Below the pieces are notes generated by a model. The model was not told the origin of the DNA. It saw nothing but the letters and a program-made list of their open reading frames with translations, and did not search any database. A DNA stretch of 64,000 bases from Vicugna vicugna (lineage: Eukaryota): assembly GCA_013265495.1 (NCBI GenBank), contig MU058451.1, positions 1,196,584-1,260,583 of the forward strand, given 5' to 3'. Below, piece after piece: positions 1-12,452 of this stretch (position 1 is its first letter; each line of letters starts with the position of its first letter). A program made the position numbers and the translations under genes.

Positions 1-87
1 GGATAAAGTACTAGCCTCTACAGAGGGAGAATGGTACATTTATTTTTAAAGTAAAACAGTTTGGAGAGGGGTGACTATCAGATTAAG

Positions 88-490
88 GAGGTAGCCTAGT
101 ATAGGAGGAAGAGCTTTGCTTTGAAGTCAAGCAAGGCTGTGATCTTGCCCAGGGCGAGGGCCTCCGTTTCTCCATCTTGCAAAATGGAGGTAGTGTATGC
201 AGTCTCACTGGGTTTTGAACATTATGGGTGACAATGTCCCTTAACTGATTTAGCAGCCTAGTTTAAGGCAGATGTTCTGGAAGCAGGCAGCCTGGTCTGA
301 ATCCTGACTCTGTGAGACCAAGGCAAATAAATTAATCTTTCAGCTTGCATTTCTTCTTCTGCAAAGCACTTGTGAAGACAACCACCTTACCACATTGTAC
401 TGAGAATTCAATTAGATAGTGTAGATTAAGCACTTCATTGAATTCTTGGCACAGAGTAGGTGCTCAGTGAGTGCCAGTGTAATTATTGAC
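88..490 (+). mobile_element. Two adjacent degraded MIR SINEs (about 88-240 and 258-490)
   Basis: MIR hallmarks: 'tttgaagtcaagcaagg..tgtgatcttg..gcctccgtttctccatcttgcaaaatgg', then 'cctggtctgaatcctgactctg' and the 3' end 'cttggcacagagtaggtgctcagt'. Confidence 0.7.
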
Positions 491-2849
491 ATCACTTGAA
501 AAACAAGATCAATAGGATTTGAATCCCCACACCATTTCTAATCATCCCTTTTTTAAAAAATTCAAATAATACATTTCTGTTTTCCCTACAGCAGAAATCT
601 GGATTCTACATTTCTTTCCCCTCTTGGTGATTTTTAAATTTGAACTTCAGTTTTTTCACCTATCAAATGGGTACATATTCAACCTTAACACTGTCATGGT
701 AAGTTTTTAAGGTATCTTTATGACATCTTTACATGGAATTGAATTTCTCAAAATGGCATCTCTGTGGTCTGCACATAAAAATTATTAATGAACTGACACT
801 GGGTGAGACATGAGCTATCACTTTTGTTAGGTCAAATTCCTAACCTCAGAAACCCAGGGGGTAATAGTCCTTCATTGGCCTGGATACGATGATAATTTAT
901 CCAAACAGACTTAATTCTAAAAAGTAGTTTCAGGACAAATCTTTCTTCATTATCTATACATATATATAATGGGTTTTATGTATATGTTTCAGGCCACAGC
1001 TTACAAATGCCAGTGGGAAAAAAACATAAGTGAAAGAACATATCAAAAAATATTCCCAGATTTAAAGGAAAGACTGTCAGTTGAAAATGTCATGAGTGAC
1101 AGTTACACTGTGAGTCACCAATAAAAGATCAAGGCACTTTGGACAGTACTCCTGTGTTCTTTATATCCTGACCTTTGTTACAGCAGACTTGGAGTGATCT
1201 TGACTAAAAATCACCCCTGAGGGTACAATGAAATTTGCTCGTTAAACTATTCTAGTGTTTTTTCTGGATATCATGCATAACATGCTGCTGTCTTTCTGTG
1301 GCGGAACCCGAAGCTAATAGCTTTTACTGATTCTGCAGATAAATATCATATGTCACCACTCATTAAAAAATCTGTTCTAAAACCCACATTCCCATTAATC
1401 AACATTGTCTTTGTTTTCAAATAATTAATGCAAAAAATAACACTAAAAAAACCTTATAGAGAGTCTATAGTTGGTTATGGATAGAAAATTTTAACTCAAA
1501 TATTATAAAGTCATTTTATAAATTCATAATTGGCCCCTGTACATTCTATTTATTTCTTTTAAAATATATTCCTAAGCACTATCCTGTAGCTCATTTGTGT
1601 ATAAGTAATTTGCCCATATATTTTATTTCCTGAACCAGGATATTTTGAATATTACTCAGAAAAATAGGGATTGTCCTGGGAATAAAAGGAAGGAAAGTCA
1701 GCCTGCCTATAAGCATAGGTTTAATCAGCCTCAGCATTTAATTCTGTAGATTATGGAATAAGTTGGTGGTTTCATGAAAAAAAAAAAAGCCACAATTTTT
1801 GTCAATGAATACTCATACTGATACCAGAGTGTAATGAAAACAAATGTGCAAGGATCTTTAAAACCTAATGGTTTTTCAAATTAGCCAGCGAACTGTCAGA
1901 AATTCACATTATTCTGGACTATTTGTTGTTCTTTGAATCAGATTACATGACCATTTTTGGAAAATACTAAGTACTGAAGACTAAATCTAGACTTTTCTTT
2001 TGGCATTATATCTCTGACTTTTAAAACAGTAAGTTGCACTTATGAGGTATTCAGCAAATATCTGTTGAATAAATGAAAAAGTAAATGACGATATTTCTGG
2101 TTAACCTGGGACTCCTTGGATAACTCAGAGCTAATCAACAAATGAAAAAATTTCCTTATTACAAATTTCTACGTAAAAAGAAAGCCATAATCCATGTCTT
2201 TTTGGAAGATACACATGTATTAATACAACCATATTATTTACAAAAAATTCAAGTCACTATGGGCACATTACTGATGAAATCACACAAATCAATTATAGAC
2301 ACAGAAATGCCACTTCAACAAAATGAGCAGCTTTGCTGTTTTATCTTAAGGGAGCCATTTTTATGACTAGCATGTTCTTTCAAATTCTTGAGAAATAAGT
2401 ATCATCTAATAATATCCTTTTTTCTTCACCATGAAATAATTATTTAGCAATAGCTCTTTTTTTCATATTTAGACACTACTTAATACCACAAACTAATTTC
2501 ATCTTCCAGAAAACAAGAATTTTTGGTATGTCTCATTTGAGAAGCATCATGTCCAGGCAATACAAATACTTTATGACATCTTATTATCCTAGGTTCTCAA
2601 GGTTGGATGGCAACTTGGATGTTATGTGTTATAAACACTTGACCAATCTTCCACTCTTCAGTCATTCCTGAAATGTCCTTTATTTTCTCATCCTTGACAC
2701 AGCTCTGAGATGTGGGAAACAAAGAAACCACTTTCATGAATATGTTTGTCTATTTCCTAACACCACACACGACTCAGGATTATTAATCATCTACTGTTTG
2801 AAGCCCATCTCATTGGGCTAGGCCATTCTTCTTTGAACTTCCTAGCCAT

Positions 2850-3695
2850 TGAAAGACACTGGCCTTTGGCTATGGTCCTTTCCTCCACCTCAAGCCTGAC
2901 CATCATCTTGAGTTACTTCAGTGCCCACAGGTTCAGCTGCCATCTTGGTCCCCCCTCCTGCTGACCTCACTCCTCACTCTCCACTCCAGTTCACCTCACT
3001 TCCGACATCATCAACATCTCATCTCCAATTTCCTTACCTCCAATATCACTAATTTTGGAGTCCATATCTGACCACGGCCCTCCTGCTTTCAACTTGTCTT
3101 TTCAACTACCCCCACTGTAATTCTTCTGTCACCTTACTTGGGACCTCTAGGTCATTGACCATTTCACTTCATACAAATATATTAGCCTTTGCTTTTTAAA
3201 TTTTGGTGCTATCCAAATTAGAGCTTGCAAGCCATCATTCCAATAATAAAAACAATCTTTTCAACAACCTAAAGTTCCTCCACCTCTTCTCTTTCAACTA
3301 TATTTACTTATAAATCATCAGGTTTGGTGAGTCCAGCTATTTATTTCCTCTGTGTCATACAACGTGGCAGCTTGGTTCTACTACATTTGTGGCAAGCCTC
3401 AAATGGGATCTCAACAATGCTGCATTATTTTGATCAAATAACTTTCTTACTCTCCTTAAGCCTCTGATATGACACCTCTACCTCTTTCCCAGCAGATTAT
3501 CTTACCTCCTAAGAAAGAAGAAGAAGAAGAAGAAGAAGAAGAAGGAGGAGGAGGAGAAGGAGAAGAAGGAGAAGAAGAGATCAGAAAGGAACCTTTTCAT
3601 GCACCAAATATACAAAAATACCTTTATCCATATCTATTTTATATTACTTCTCTAATTAAAAATAACCTCTAAGTTTTAATCTAAAGTTAAATCCC
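2850..3695 (+). mobile_element. L2 LINE fragment, degraded
   Basis: Pyrimidine-rich L2-like sequence ('cctgaccatcatcttgagttacttcagtgcccac', 'tctgaccacggccctcctgctttcaact'), interrupted by a GAA/GGA repeat. Confidence 0.55.
3511..3580 (+). repeat. Purine-only triplet repeat: (GAA)9(GGA)4 then mixed GAA/GGA
   Basis: Read directly: 70 nt with no pyrimidine. It explains the poly-E/G ORF at 3469..3672. Confidence 0.95.
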
Positions 3696-3884
3696 CTGCC
3701 ATTTAGGAGGTTACTGTAGCTGTCTAAGTGGAATATGCTGTTGGCTTAGAATAAAAAGGTGATAATTGGTTACAACTGACATATATTCAGGAAGATAGAA
3801 CCCAGAGCACTTCCTGGTGGCTCAAACATGGGTGGTGATATAGGAGAAAGAGGGAAAAATCAAATTGGCTCCTGTGGGTTCTGC

Positions 3885-6170
3885 TCTGGCTATGGTGGAT
3901 TAGACTTTATCAGACCATGCACTAAGAACTGGAGAAACTAGATAAAATATTTAAAACATGGATATAAAGTCATCATGGAACCACCAAGACAGTCAAAATA
4001 TGAAGCTTCAAGAATCATGCTCCTCTCCAAAACAGAGTAAGTACAGAGAGTGAGCCCGACACTCAGTATTGTTTTTCATCTTGAAACATTTACAGAGCCA
4101 TGTATGGTGGCACAGAAGTTGAAAAACTGAGCAGAATTCTCAGCACTCTCACGGGGCTAGGGAGACAAAAGTTGGAGTTTAGGGCTTATCAAAATAGAGG
4201 GATCCTGGAAAGCACCTCAGATGTGCTGCTGGGACCACGAAAGGGCTACAGACTTTGAGTAAAAGTGAACTACAAATGGATCAGACTTCTAAAAACTGAA
4301 AAATCAAATCAGAATCCACTCAAAACCTGACTTCTTTCAGATTTTTTGCTACTTCCTATTAAATGCAAAATTCTCTAGAGGAAATATCATCCAGAGCCTC
4401 AAATGTCTGACATTCAACCAAAAATAAACAAGCATCAGGAAACATGACTAAATAACTGAAAACCAAGAGGGTAACAGAATATCAACAGACCAACTGGAGA
4501 TCCAATTATTTGAGTACCTGACAAGAACGTAAAAAAACACTGATATATGTTTAAAATATATAGAGCAAGATAGTGAATCCCAGAAAATAACCGGATATTA
4601 AAAAAAGTATTAAATAGAAATTCTAAGGCTGAAAAATAAAATAATTAAAATTAAGGACTTAATAGTTGTGTTTAAAAGCACATTACATTCTCTGGCGTAA
4701 ATTTTAGCAATGTTCTCCTAGGACAGTCTACCCAGGCAGTAGAAATAAAAGCAAAAATAAACAAATGGGACCTAATTAAACTTACAAGCTTTTGCACAGC
4801 AAAGGAAACTATAAGCAAAACAAAATGACAACCTAGGGAATGGGAGAAAATATTTGCAAATGATGCAACTGACAAAGGTTTAATTTCCAGAACGTATAAA
4901 CATCTCATACAACTTAATAACAAAAAGAAACCAAACAACCCAATCCAAAAATGGGCAAAAGACCTAAACAAACAATTCTCCAATGAAGACATACAAATGG
5001 CCAATAGGCACATGAAAAAAGTTTCAGTTTTGCTAATTATCAGAGAAATGCAAATCAAATCAACAATGAGGTATCCACTCACACCAGTCAGAATACAGTC
5101 AGAATTCATTAAAAAGTTCACAAATGATAAATGCTGGAGAGGGTACAGAGAAAAGGGAACCCTCCTACACTGTTGGTGGGAATGTAGTTAGGTGCAGCCA
5201 TTATGGAAAACAGTGCAGAGAATCTTCAAAAAACTAAAATCGAACTTACCCTATGATCCAGCAATCCCACTCCTGGGCATGTATCTGGAGGGAACTCTAA
5301 TTCATAAAGATACATGCACCCTAATGTTCACAGCAGCACTATATGAAATAGCTAAGACATGGAAGCAACCTAAATGTCCACTGACAGATGACTGGATAAA
5401 GAAGTTGTGGTATACTCACACAATGAATACTACTCAGTGATTAAAAAAAAAAAGGAAATAAATAATGCCATTTGCAGCAACATGGATGGACTTGGAGATC
5501 ATCATTCTACATGAAGTAAGCCAGAAAGAGAAAGAAAAATACCGTATGATAATAGTCATATGTGGAATCTAAAAATAAGAGGACACTAATGAGCTCATCT
5601 ACAAAACAAAAACACTCGCAGATGTAGTAAACAATCTTATGGTTACCGGGGAAAGATGGTGGGAAAGGATAAATTTGGGACTTTGAGATTTGCACATGAT
5701 AACCACTATATATAAAAATAGATTAAAAAACAAATTTCTTCTGTATAGCACAGGGAACTACATTTAATATCTTGTAATAACCTATAATGAAAAAGAGTAC
5801 GTAAATGAATATATGTATATAAATGCATGATGAGGACATTATGCTGTACATCAGAAACTGACACATTGTAATTCACTATACTTCAGTAATAATAATAAAA
5901 AACCCACATTAGACACAGCCAAAAAGAGGATTAATGGAGTAGACAATAAGTCAACACAAATAAAGCACAAACAGACAAAAGTATGGAGAACGTGTAAGAG
6001 ACAAGGGAAGCATGATGAAAAGATTGAGCAAACTGGTTTTGGGGTTCCAGAAGAAGGGAAAGGAAAGTGGGGTCAAAGATTTGAAGATATGTAAGTCAAA
6101 AATTTCCAGAATTGGTTAAAGTCATAAAGTTATAAATTCTGTAATGTCATAAAGTTATAAATTCTGTAAT
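3885..6170 (+). mobile_element. Old L1M 5'UTR/ORF1 fragment (3885-4685 and 5900-6170), host of a younger L1
   Basis: ORF1-like A-rich sequence. Removing the insert rejoins 'gtgtttaaaagcacatta|gacacagccaaaaagaggatta', which resembles the L1 ORF1 'agcagattagacacagc' segment. Confidence 0.65.
4686..5899 (+). mobile_element. Young 5'-truncated L1 (camelid type): ORF2 C-terminus, 3'UTR and A-tail
   Basis: ORFs 4997..5191 and 5192..5440 give L1 ORF2 C-terminal motifs ([48 protein letters not shown]) with an in-frame stop. Degenerate TSD aaaagcacatta (4674-4685) / aaacccacatta (5900-5911) at a TT|AAAA endonuclease site. Confidence 0.92.
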
Positions 6171-6176
6171 GTCATA
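6121..6176. repeat. Perfect 25-bp tandem duplication (2 copies plus 6 nt)
   Basis: gtcataaagttataaattctgtaat at 6121-6145 and 6146-6170, followed by gtcata. Confidence 0.95.
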
Positions 6177-7089
6177 CAAGTTTTTGTCTGAAAACCTGGG
6201 TGAATAATGAAGACATTTATTAAAGTATAACTTTGAGAAAGAGAAGCTTGAGCCAGGGTTAGGAGTAGAGGAATCAAGAATTCAGTTTGGGATATGTTAA
6301 TGTCAAGTGCCTATCAGACGTGAATGTGAAAATGTTGTGTAGGCAATTTGATATTGAACAAATGGGTGGCAAAAAATCATAACCCGTAGGTTTTTATTCT
6401 GTTCCTACCTACCAGGCTGCTTTGTGACAGTAGACACATTATCCTCCTTACCCTTCTCTAGGAATGACTTTTCATTTTTTATTACAGATTAAAAACTTTA
6501 CTAAAAGACAAGACTATTTGAGTACTTAATGATATTTTGAATGCATATTCCCATAAATTGTGGGACATGTGGAATCTGGTATTTGAAGACATTTAGCGGC
6601 TGGGGATGAGCCATGAGGAGCTCTGGTGTGGCTCCATTCATTTTTTCATTAGAGTTCTAGGAGACTGATTCAGTCACCTTATCTTCCATTTATTATCCTC
6701 TGCCCCATGCTTTTCTCTCTTAGATGTGGAAACTTAAGGTACGAATTTATTAGATCCTAAGTACTTTGTAGTTAGCTATGATTGTGCAGTTTCCATTGGC
6801 ACGGTTGCCAACTGATAAGCAATGGAGTTCTTCAGATTTTTATAATCCATGACATGTATCACCCTTGGCCTTTTTTGTCACTAAAAGTTAGAGTGAACGT
6901 AGGGATAGAGGTGGAGAAGGGTGGCTGTATCACAAGGAAAAAAAAATATCTTGCAGGGGAATCCTAAATCCAAATATTACATTTGAATTAAATTTTAAAT
7001 GTGATTTTAAATTAAACCAGCCTAAAATTAAACTAGTATATATATATTACATATATACATATATAATATACAGAACCAAAAAAAAAGCT

Positions 7090-7530
7090 AAAAGGTAAAT
7101 GTCTCTGATATTTGGATTTAGGATTTGGTTAACAATATGTGACAATCAAGGTGGATGTGTATGCTATTTAAAATAGGAGGAGATCACTTAGGAAGGAGAC
7201 ACAGGAAAGTGAACATTTGCAAAGACTTGCTCTGGCCACACTGATATTTAGGATCCAGTTCAAGTTAAGAGACATCAGCAAAGGATCTTAGGGAAGGATC
7301 AGCTAGTTGAGATGGGAGAAAAATCAGGAGAATAGGAAGTCCCAGAAACCAAGTGAATAAAGCAAAATTTGATCATTAATACAAGATGCTACTGAAATGT
7401 CAAGATGAAAACTGGGAATCCCACTGGAAGTGCAAATTTGGGAGTCACTGGTGACTTTGAGAAGAACCGTTTTAATGGAATGATAGGGATGAAATTATGA
7501 TCTGAATGGGTTCAAGAGAGAACAGGAGAA
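7090..7530 (-). mobile_element. L2 fragment
   Basis: 'tcccagaaaccaagtgaa', 'gagtcactggtgactttgagaagaaccgttttaatggaatgatagg', 'gaatgggttcaagagagaa' are typical antisense L2. Confidence 0.7.
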
Positions 7531-9454
7531 TTATGCCCTGGTAATGGTAGTCTAGGTCATTCACTTCTTTCCACTAAGAAAACTAAAAAATATGAACAAA
7601 ATATTTTCAAAAACTTCTAAAAGCATTAAAAAGCTAACACAATATTGAGTAACTACAAGGATGCTATAAAGGAGGAGATGCCAATCCAGAGGATGGAAAT
7701 CTGCACTATGGGGCTGTTTTGCCCTGGAGATGTCTGTTACTGTGGAAGATTTGCTGATAGAGTAAGCAGTACATCTAGTAGTTTCAAAGAATTGGGAACC
7801 AAAAGTTTAGTCTGGAGTCTTCCAAGGGAGAGAGTCTCCTTAAATCACCATGTGCTTTGGGTTAGCGCCCTGAAGGGATGGACACAGACTCACAAGGAAA
7901 AAGGAAGGAGGAATAAAACAACGTTTGCAGTGACTGCAACCTTCATCTCATTTTATTTCTCAAGCCCTGAAATTAGACTGAAACGATCCCAGATTATTAT
8001 TTTCCTCCTGTGTTTGGCAGACAAAATAATAACCCATGGATGGATAGATATGGGATAAGAAAAGTGTAGTCAAATGTTTAAAGATGTTAAAGGTAGAGTT
8101 TGGTGAATATATAAACATTCACTGTAAAATTCTTTAATTTTTTCATTTTTTGGAACTTTTAAAAGTAAAATGTTAGCAAAAGAAGACAGTTGTCTCTGGA
8201 GGAAAGTAATATCATCTTAGGTCTCAAATCAGGATCAAAAATTATTTTCCAAATGCAGTGTCCAACAAACAATTAAACTAGGCATATGAGGAGTCAAGAA
8301 AATACGATGAAGATCAAACACAAACTACAGACAACAGATAGAGACCTACAGATATTGCACACAGAACAGGCACCAGACACAGATTACAGAACCACTATGA
8401 TTGCTATGTCCAGAGAAATAAAAGCTCAACGTAAATACAGCAAAAAGCTTTAAACTAAACTATGATATTGAGTATGTGAAATGAACTAAATAGAAAGTTC
8501 AGAAATTAAAACTATAATAACTAAAATTGAGAATGCAATGGCTGAGTTTAAGAATAAAATAAACTCAGGAAAAGAGACAAACAGTAAACTTGTTGGTAGC
8601 TAAGAATAAATGGTCCCTAATAAAGAGTGGAGTGACAAAAAAGATAAGGAATACACAAAAGATAGTGAAAGACTGCGTTCAGTGAGTTGATCTAACATCC
8701 ATTCAACTGCAGAGGAGGTGAAGAATGTAGAAGATGCCATATTTAAAGTGACTGTGGACTAAAATTTTCCAAAAGTGATGAAAACTATCAATTCACAGAT
8801 TTTAAAAAGTTTAACATTCTAAAGTCATAAAAATAAAAGAAATCCATGCCTTTAGAGATCAGAGAAAAACTGCCAAAGACAAAGAAAAATTCTTGAAAGT
8901 AGCAGGGGTGGTGGTCGTAAGGGACACATTACTTTAAGAACAACACTGGACTGACAGCGGCTTCTTAACCGCAACAAAGCTAGAAGACAGAGGAATGATA
9001 TCACTAATGCATGCAAAAATTTCCTCCCAACCTAGAATTCTTTATCCAGAGAAAAATCCTTCAGAAATAAAAGTGATACAAAATATTTCCAAATAAAAAA
9101 TGACAGCAATTGCCCTTAGAAGATCTGCATTAAAATAAATACTCCAGGATTTTTTTTTTCAGGCAGAATAAGAATCATTCCAGTTGGAAGATAAGAGATG
9201 CAAGAAAAGATGGAGAAGGAAAAATGATCAAATATAGGGAAATATAAATACTGACTATAAAATAAAAGTAAGAGTTTCCTATGAGAATAAAATTACAGAG
9301 AGAATTAAAACACACAACAGTAATCTAAATGGGGAGAGGGATACATTAAGTCCTTTGTCTAAGATAAGGATAAGAGTACTAATTAACATGATATTTTTTT
9401 AAATGTAAAGGTTTTCTTTACTATTTTTCTTACACATATAATATCTTTATAGGC

Positions 9455-10520
9455 TCTTTTTTAAAAAGCTTTTTGAAGTATAATTGATATATAGTAAGCT
9501 GACAAATTTTAGAAGAATCTAACGTTATAAATGCCCATGAAACAATCACCACAACCAAGATAAGAAACATATACATGCACACCAACAGTTTCTTTGTGCC
9601 CCTTTGTAATCTCCCCGCCCTCAACACATCATTCCCAGGCAGCTATTGAGCAGCCTTCTAGCATATAGATGAGTTTGTATTTTCTGGACATTCAGGTAAA
9701 TGGAACCATACAATATATCCTTCTTTTCTCTGGCTTCTTTCACTCAGCATAATTAAGATTTATCCATGTTGCTGCATGTAACAGAGGCTTATTCTTTTTA
9801 TTGATGAATTGTATTCCATTGTATGGATAGAGTACCTTTTGCTGATTCACTCATCTACTGGTTATGGTCACTTTCCAGTTTTTGGCCATTTCCTATATGA
9901 ACATTTGCGTACTCGTTTTAGTGTTGACATATGTTTTACTTTATTTTTGGTGAACACCTAGAAGTAGAATGGCTGGGTCATATAGTGGATATATGTTTAA
10001 CTGAAAAACAAAAAACAAAAAACAAAAAACAAATGACAAATGAATTCCTAAAGTTGTTACACCATTTTGCATTCGGTGTGAGAATTCCAGTTTGCTCCAC
10101 ATACTCACTAACATATAGTAAAGTCAGTCTTCAATTGCAGGCGTTCTAATAGCTATGTAGTGATACCTCATTGTTATTTTAGTTTGCATTTCCCTAGTTA
10201 CTAAACATGTTGGTTATCTTTTCATGTACTTATTTACTATCCATATATCTTCTCTGGTGAGGGGTCCATTCAAGTCTTTTGTCTATATTTTGAATTTATT
10301 AGTTTGTTTTCTTATTATTGAGTTTGAGAGTTCTCTGTATTTTCTGGAAACAAGGCTTTTAAAAATTAGATATGTGATTTGTAAATATTTTCTTGCAGTC
10401 CTAGCTTCTTTTCAGGCTCTTAACAGTATCTTTCAAATAGCATACTTCTTTATTTTGATGAAGTCCAATTTATCAATTTATTCTTTTATGGATAATATTT
10501 TGGTATCCTATTTAAGAAAC
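9455..10520 (-). mobile_element. L1MB-like 3' end
   Basis: 'tttttgaagtataattgatata', 'tggcttctttcactcagcataat', 'gtattccattgtatggata', 'tttgcatttccctagt' are antisense L1MB 3'UTR/ORF2 end motifs. Confidence 0.8.
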
Positions 10521-10723
10521 TGATGCATTATCCATAAAAAAATAAACTAATAAATTGGACTTACAGAGAGGGAATTTGCTTCTTGTAGGAAGTATGCAAC
10601 TGAGAATTTTGTTTTCAATCCAATCTGACTGTCTACAACTTTTTATGGGAGTGTTTAGAACACTTACATTTAATGTGATTATTAAATCTACCATCTTGCT
10701 GCTTGTTTTCTAGTTGTCCCATG

Positions 10724-10903
10724 TAGGACTGACTACATAATTTGGGGGGGCCTAGTGCAACACAAAAAAACGTGGGCTTCGTGATCATAAATTACTAATC
10801 ATTTAAAAATGTCAGCAGCAGAGCGCTAATCCAGACATGGGACTCTTGTTAAGTGCAAGGCTTCATATGACTGTATAGGTCAGATGTCTATGAACCTGGC
10901 TCT
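10724..10903 (-). mobile_element. MER45A-like hAT-Tip100 DNA transposon
   Basis: Colinear with the reverse complement of the MER45A consensus as I recall it: 'taggactgactacataatttgggggggcctagtgcaa..cagcagagcgctaatcc..tgactgtataggtcagatgtctatgaacctggct'. Confidence 0.75.
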
Positions 10904-12211
10904 TTTTTCTCTTTGTTCTCTTTTTCTACTCTTTCTGGATTGAGCAGCTTTTTAAAAATGATTCCATTTCAGATTTTTTATTGATCTATTAACCATAACT
11001 CTTTGTTCTGTTATTCTAGTGGTTCCTTTAACATATATATACACACACACATGTATTTATATTCAAGTGATATACTAAATCACTTGTATTGTAAAAACCT
11101 TACAACAGTGTAATTTCACTTGTCCTGTTCCAGACCTTCTGCTATTGTTACCATATATTTTACTTTTGTATATGTTACAAACCCATAATACATTGTTATT
11201 GTTTTGCTTTAAATGTTGATTATCTTTTGTATGTTTAACTGTCAAGAAAAAGTGTTTATGTTTACCCACGTTGTTACCATTTCTGATTCTTTTCATTCCT
11301 TTGTGTAGATACAGATTTTCATCCAGTATCATTTTCTTTCTGCTTTAAGGATTTTAATATTTCTGCAGTGCAGGTCTGCTGTCATCTTCAACTTTGTACC
11401 TCCCTTTTTTTCCTCTACTGGTTTTTAAGATTCACTATCATTCAAATCGCATTTTGATAATAATGAACCTTGATGTACTTTTCTTTGTGTTTCTTACGTT
11501 TGGTGTCATTGAGCTTCAGGACTCTGTGGGTTAGCAGTTTTCACCAAATTTGAAAAGTTTTCGGTTATTACTTTAAAGCATTTTTTTCTCTCTCCTCTTT
11601 CTCTTCTTCAGAGATTCTAATTTCATTTATGTTTGGCTGCACAAAATTGTCCTAAAGTTTAATGATCACTTATCCTCTGTACTTTTTTTGTCCTTTTTCT
11701 CTCTGTGTTTCATTTTGGATTGTTATGTCTTCAGGTTTAAATATGTTTTCTTCTGCAATGTCCAATCTGCCATTAATCTGATCCAGTGTATTTTTCATCT
11801 CAATCATTGTGAGTTTCATTTCAATAAGTTTCATTTCTGTCTGTTTTAGACCCTTCCTGCCTTAAAATATTCAATTGTTTCTCTAACATAATAACTGTTT
11901 TAAAGTATTTTTCTATTTGTTTTACCATAAATGTGTCATATCAGAATCACGTTCAATTGGTTGATTTTTTTCCTTATTATGGGTTATATTTTTCTGTTTC
12001 TTTGCATGCCTAGTGGCTTTTTATTGATGCTAAACAAAAAAGAGTATTTTGTTTTGAGGGGTGTTAGGTATTTTATATTCTCAAAATTTTTCTTGAGCTT
12101 TACTGTGGGATGTGGTTAAGTTACTTGGAATTAATTGTATCTTTGGGGGTCTTGTTTTATCCTTTGTTATGTGGGATAAGAGCAGCATCTAACCTATGGT
12201 TAATTTTCATT

Positions 12212-12452
12212 GGCTCTGGGATGTGGGGGTGATCCCTAGTCATCGGGTACCTGGCCCTAGGGAGATCAGGGCAAAGGAGCATCACCTCCTGGAGTATGAG
12301 AGTTCAATAAAGAAGACAGTTGAAGTATGGGCTCTTGGTTGGTTGGTTTACCTATGAAAAGTGGAGTCATTTGCTTCTCTGGGAATTAGCTGGCCCTGAG
12401 GGGTAATCTCTCCTCTGTCAGTGAAGCCCAGACATCAGAGCATTAAGAACAC
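12212..12452. mobile_element. LTR-like insert inside L1M (family not determined)
   Basis: GC-richer segment interrupting L1M, with AATAAA and an '..aagaaca' end. Weak resemblance to ERVL-type LTR ends. Confidence 0.3.

Larger units (their letters stand above)
3700..6360 (-). mobile_element. L2 fragment split by an L1 insertion (pieces about 3700-3880 and 6175-6360)
   Basis: Antisense L2 motifs on both sides: 'atttaggaggttactgtagc..', 'gagaaagagggaaaaatcaa', then 'tcaagaattcagtttgggatatgttaa..gcctatcagacg..gtaggcaatttgatat'. Confidence 0.55.

Noticed and set aside
3469..3672. ORF with a poly-Glu/Gly tract
   Set aside because: It is read-through of a GAA/GGA microsatellite inside an L2 remnant.
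4997..5440. ORFs with recognisable protein motifs
   Set aside because: They are the L1 ORF2 C-terminus in a 5'-truncated copy with an in-frame stop, not a host gene.
6121..6176. 25-bp tandem duplication (likewise the 17-bp one at 19463 and the 19-bp one at 38967)
   Set aside because: Ordinary short slippage duplications with no sign of function; listed as features only.
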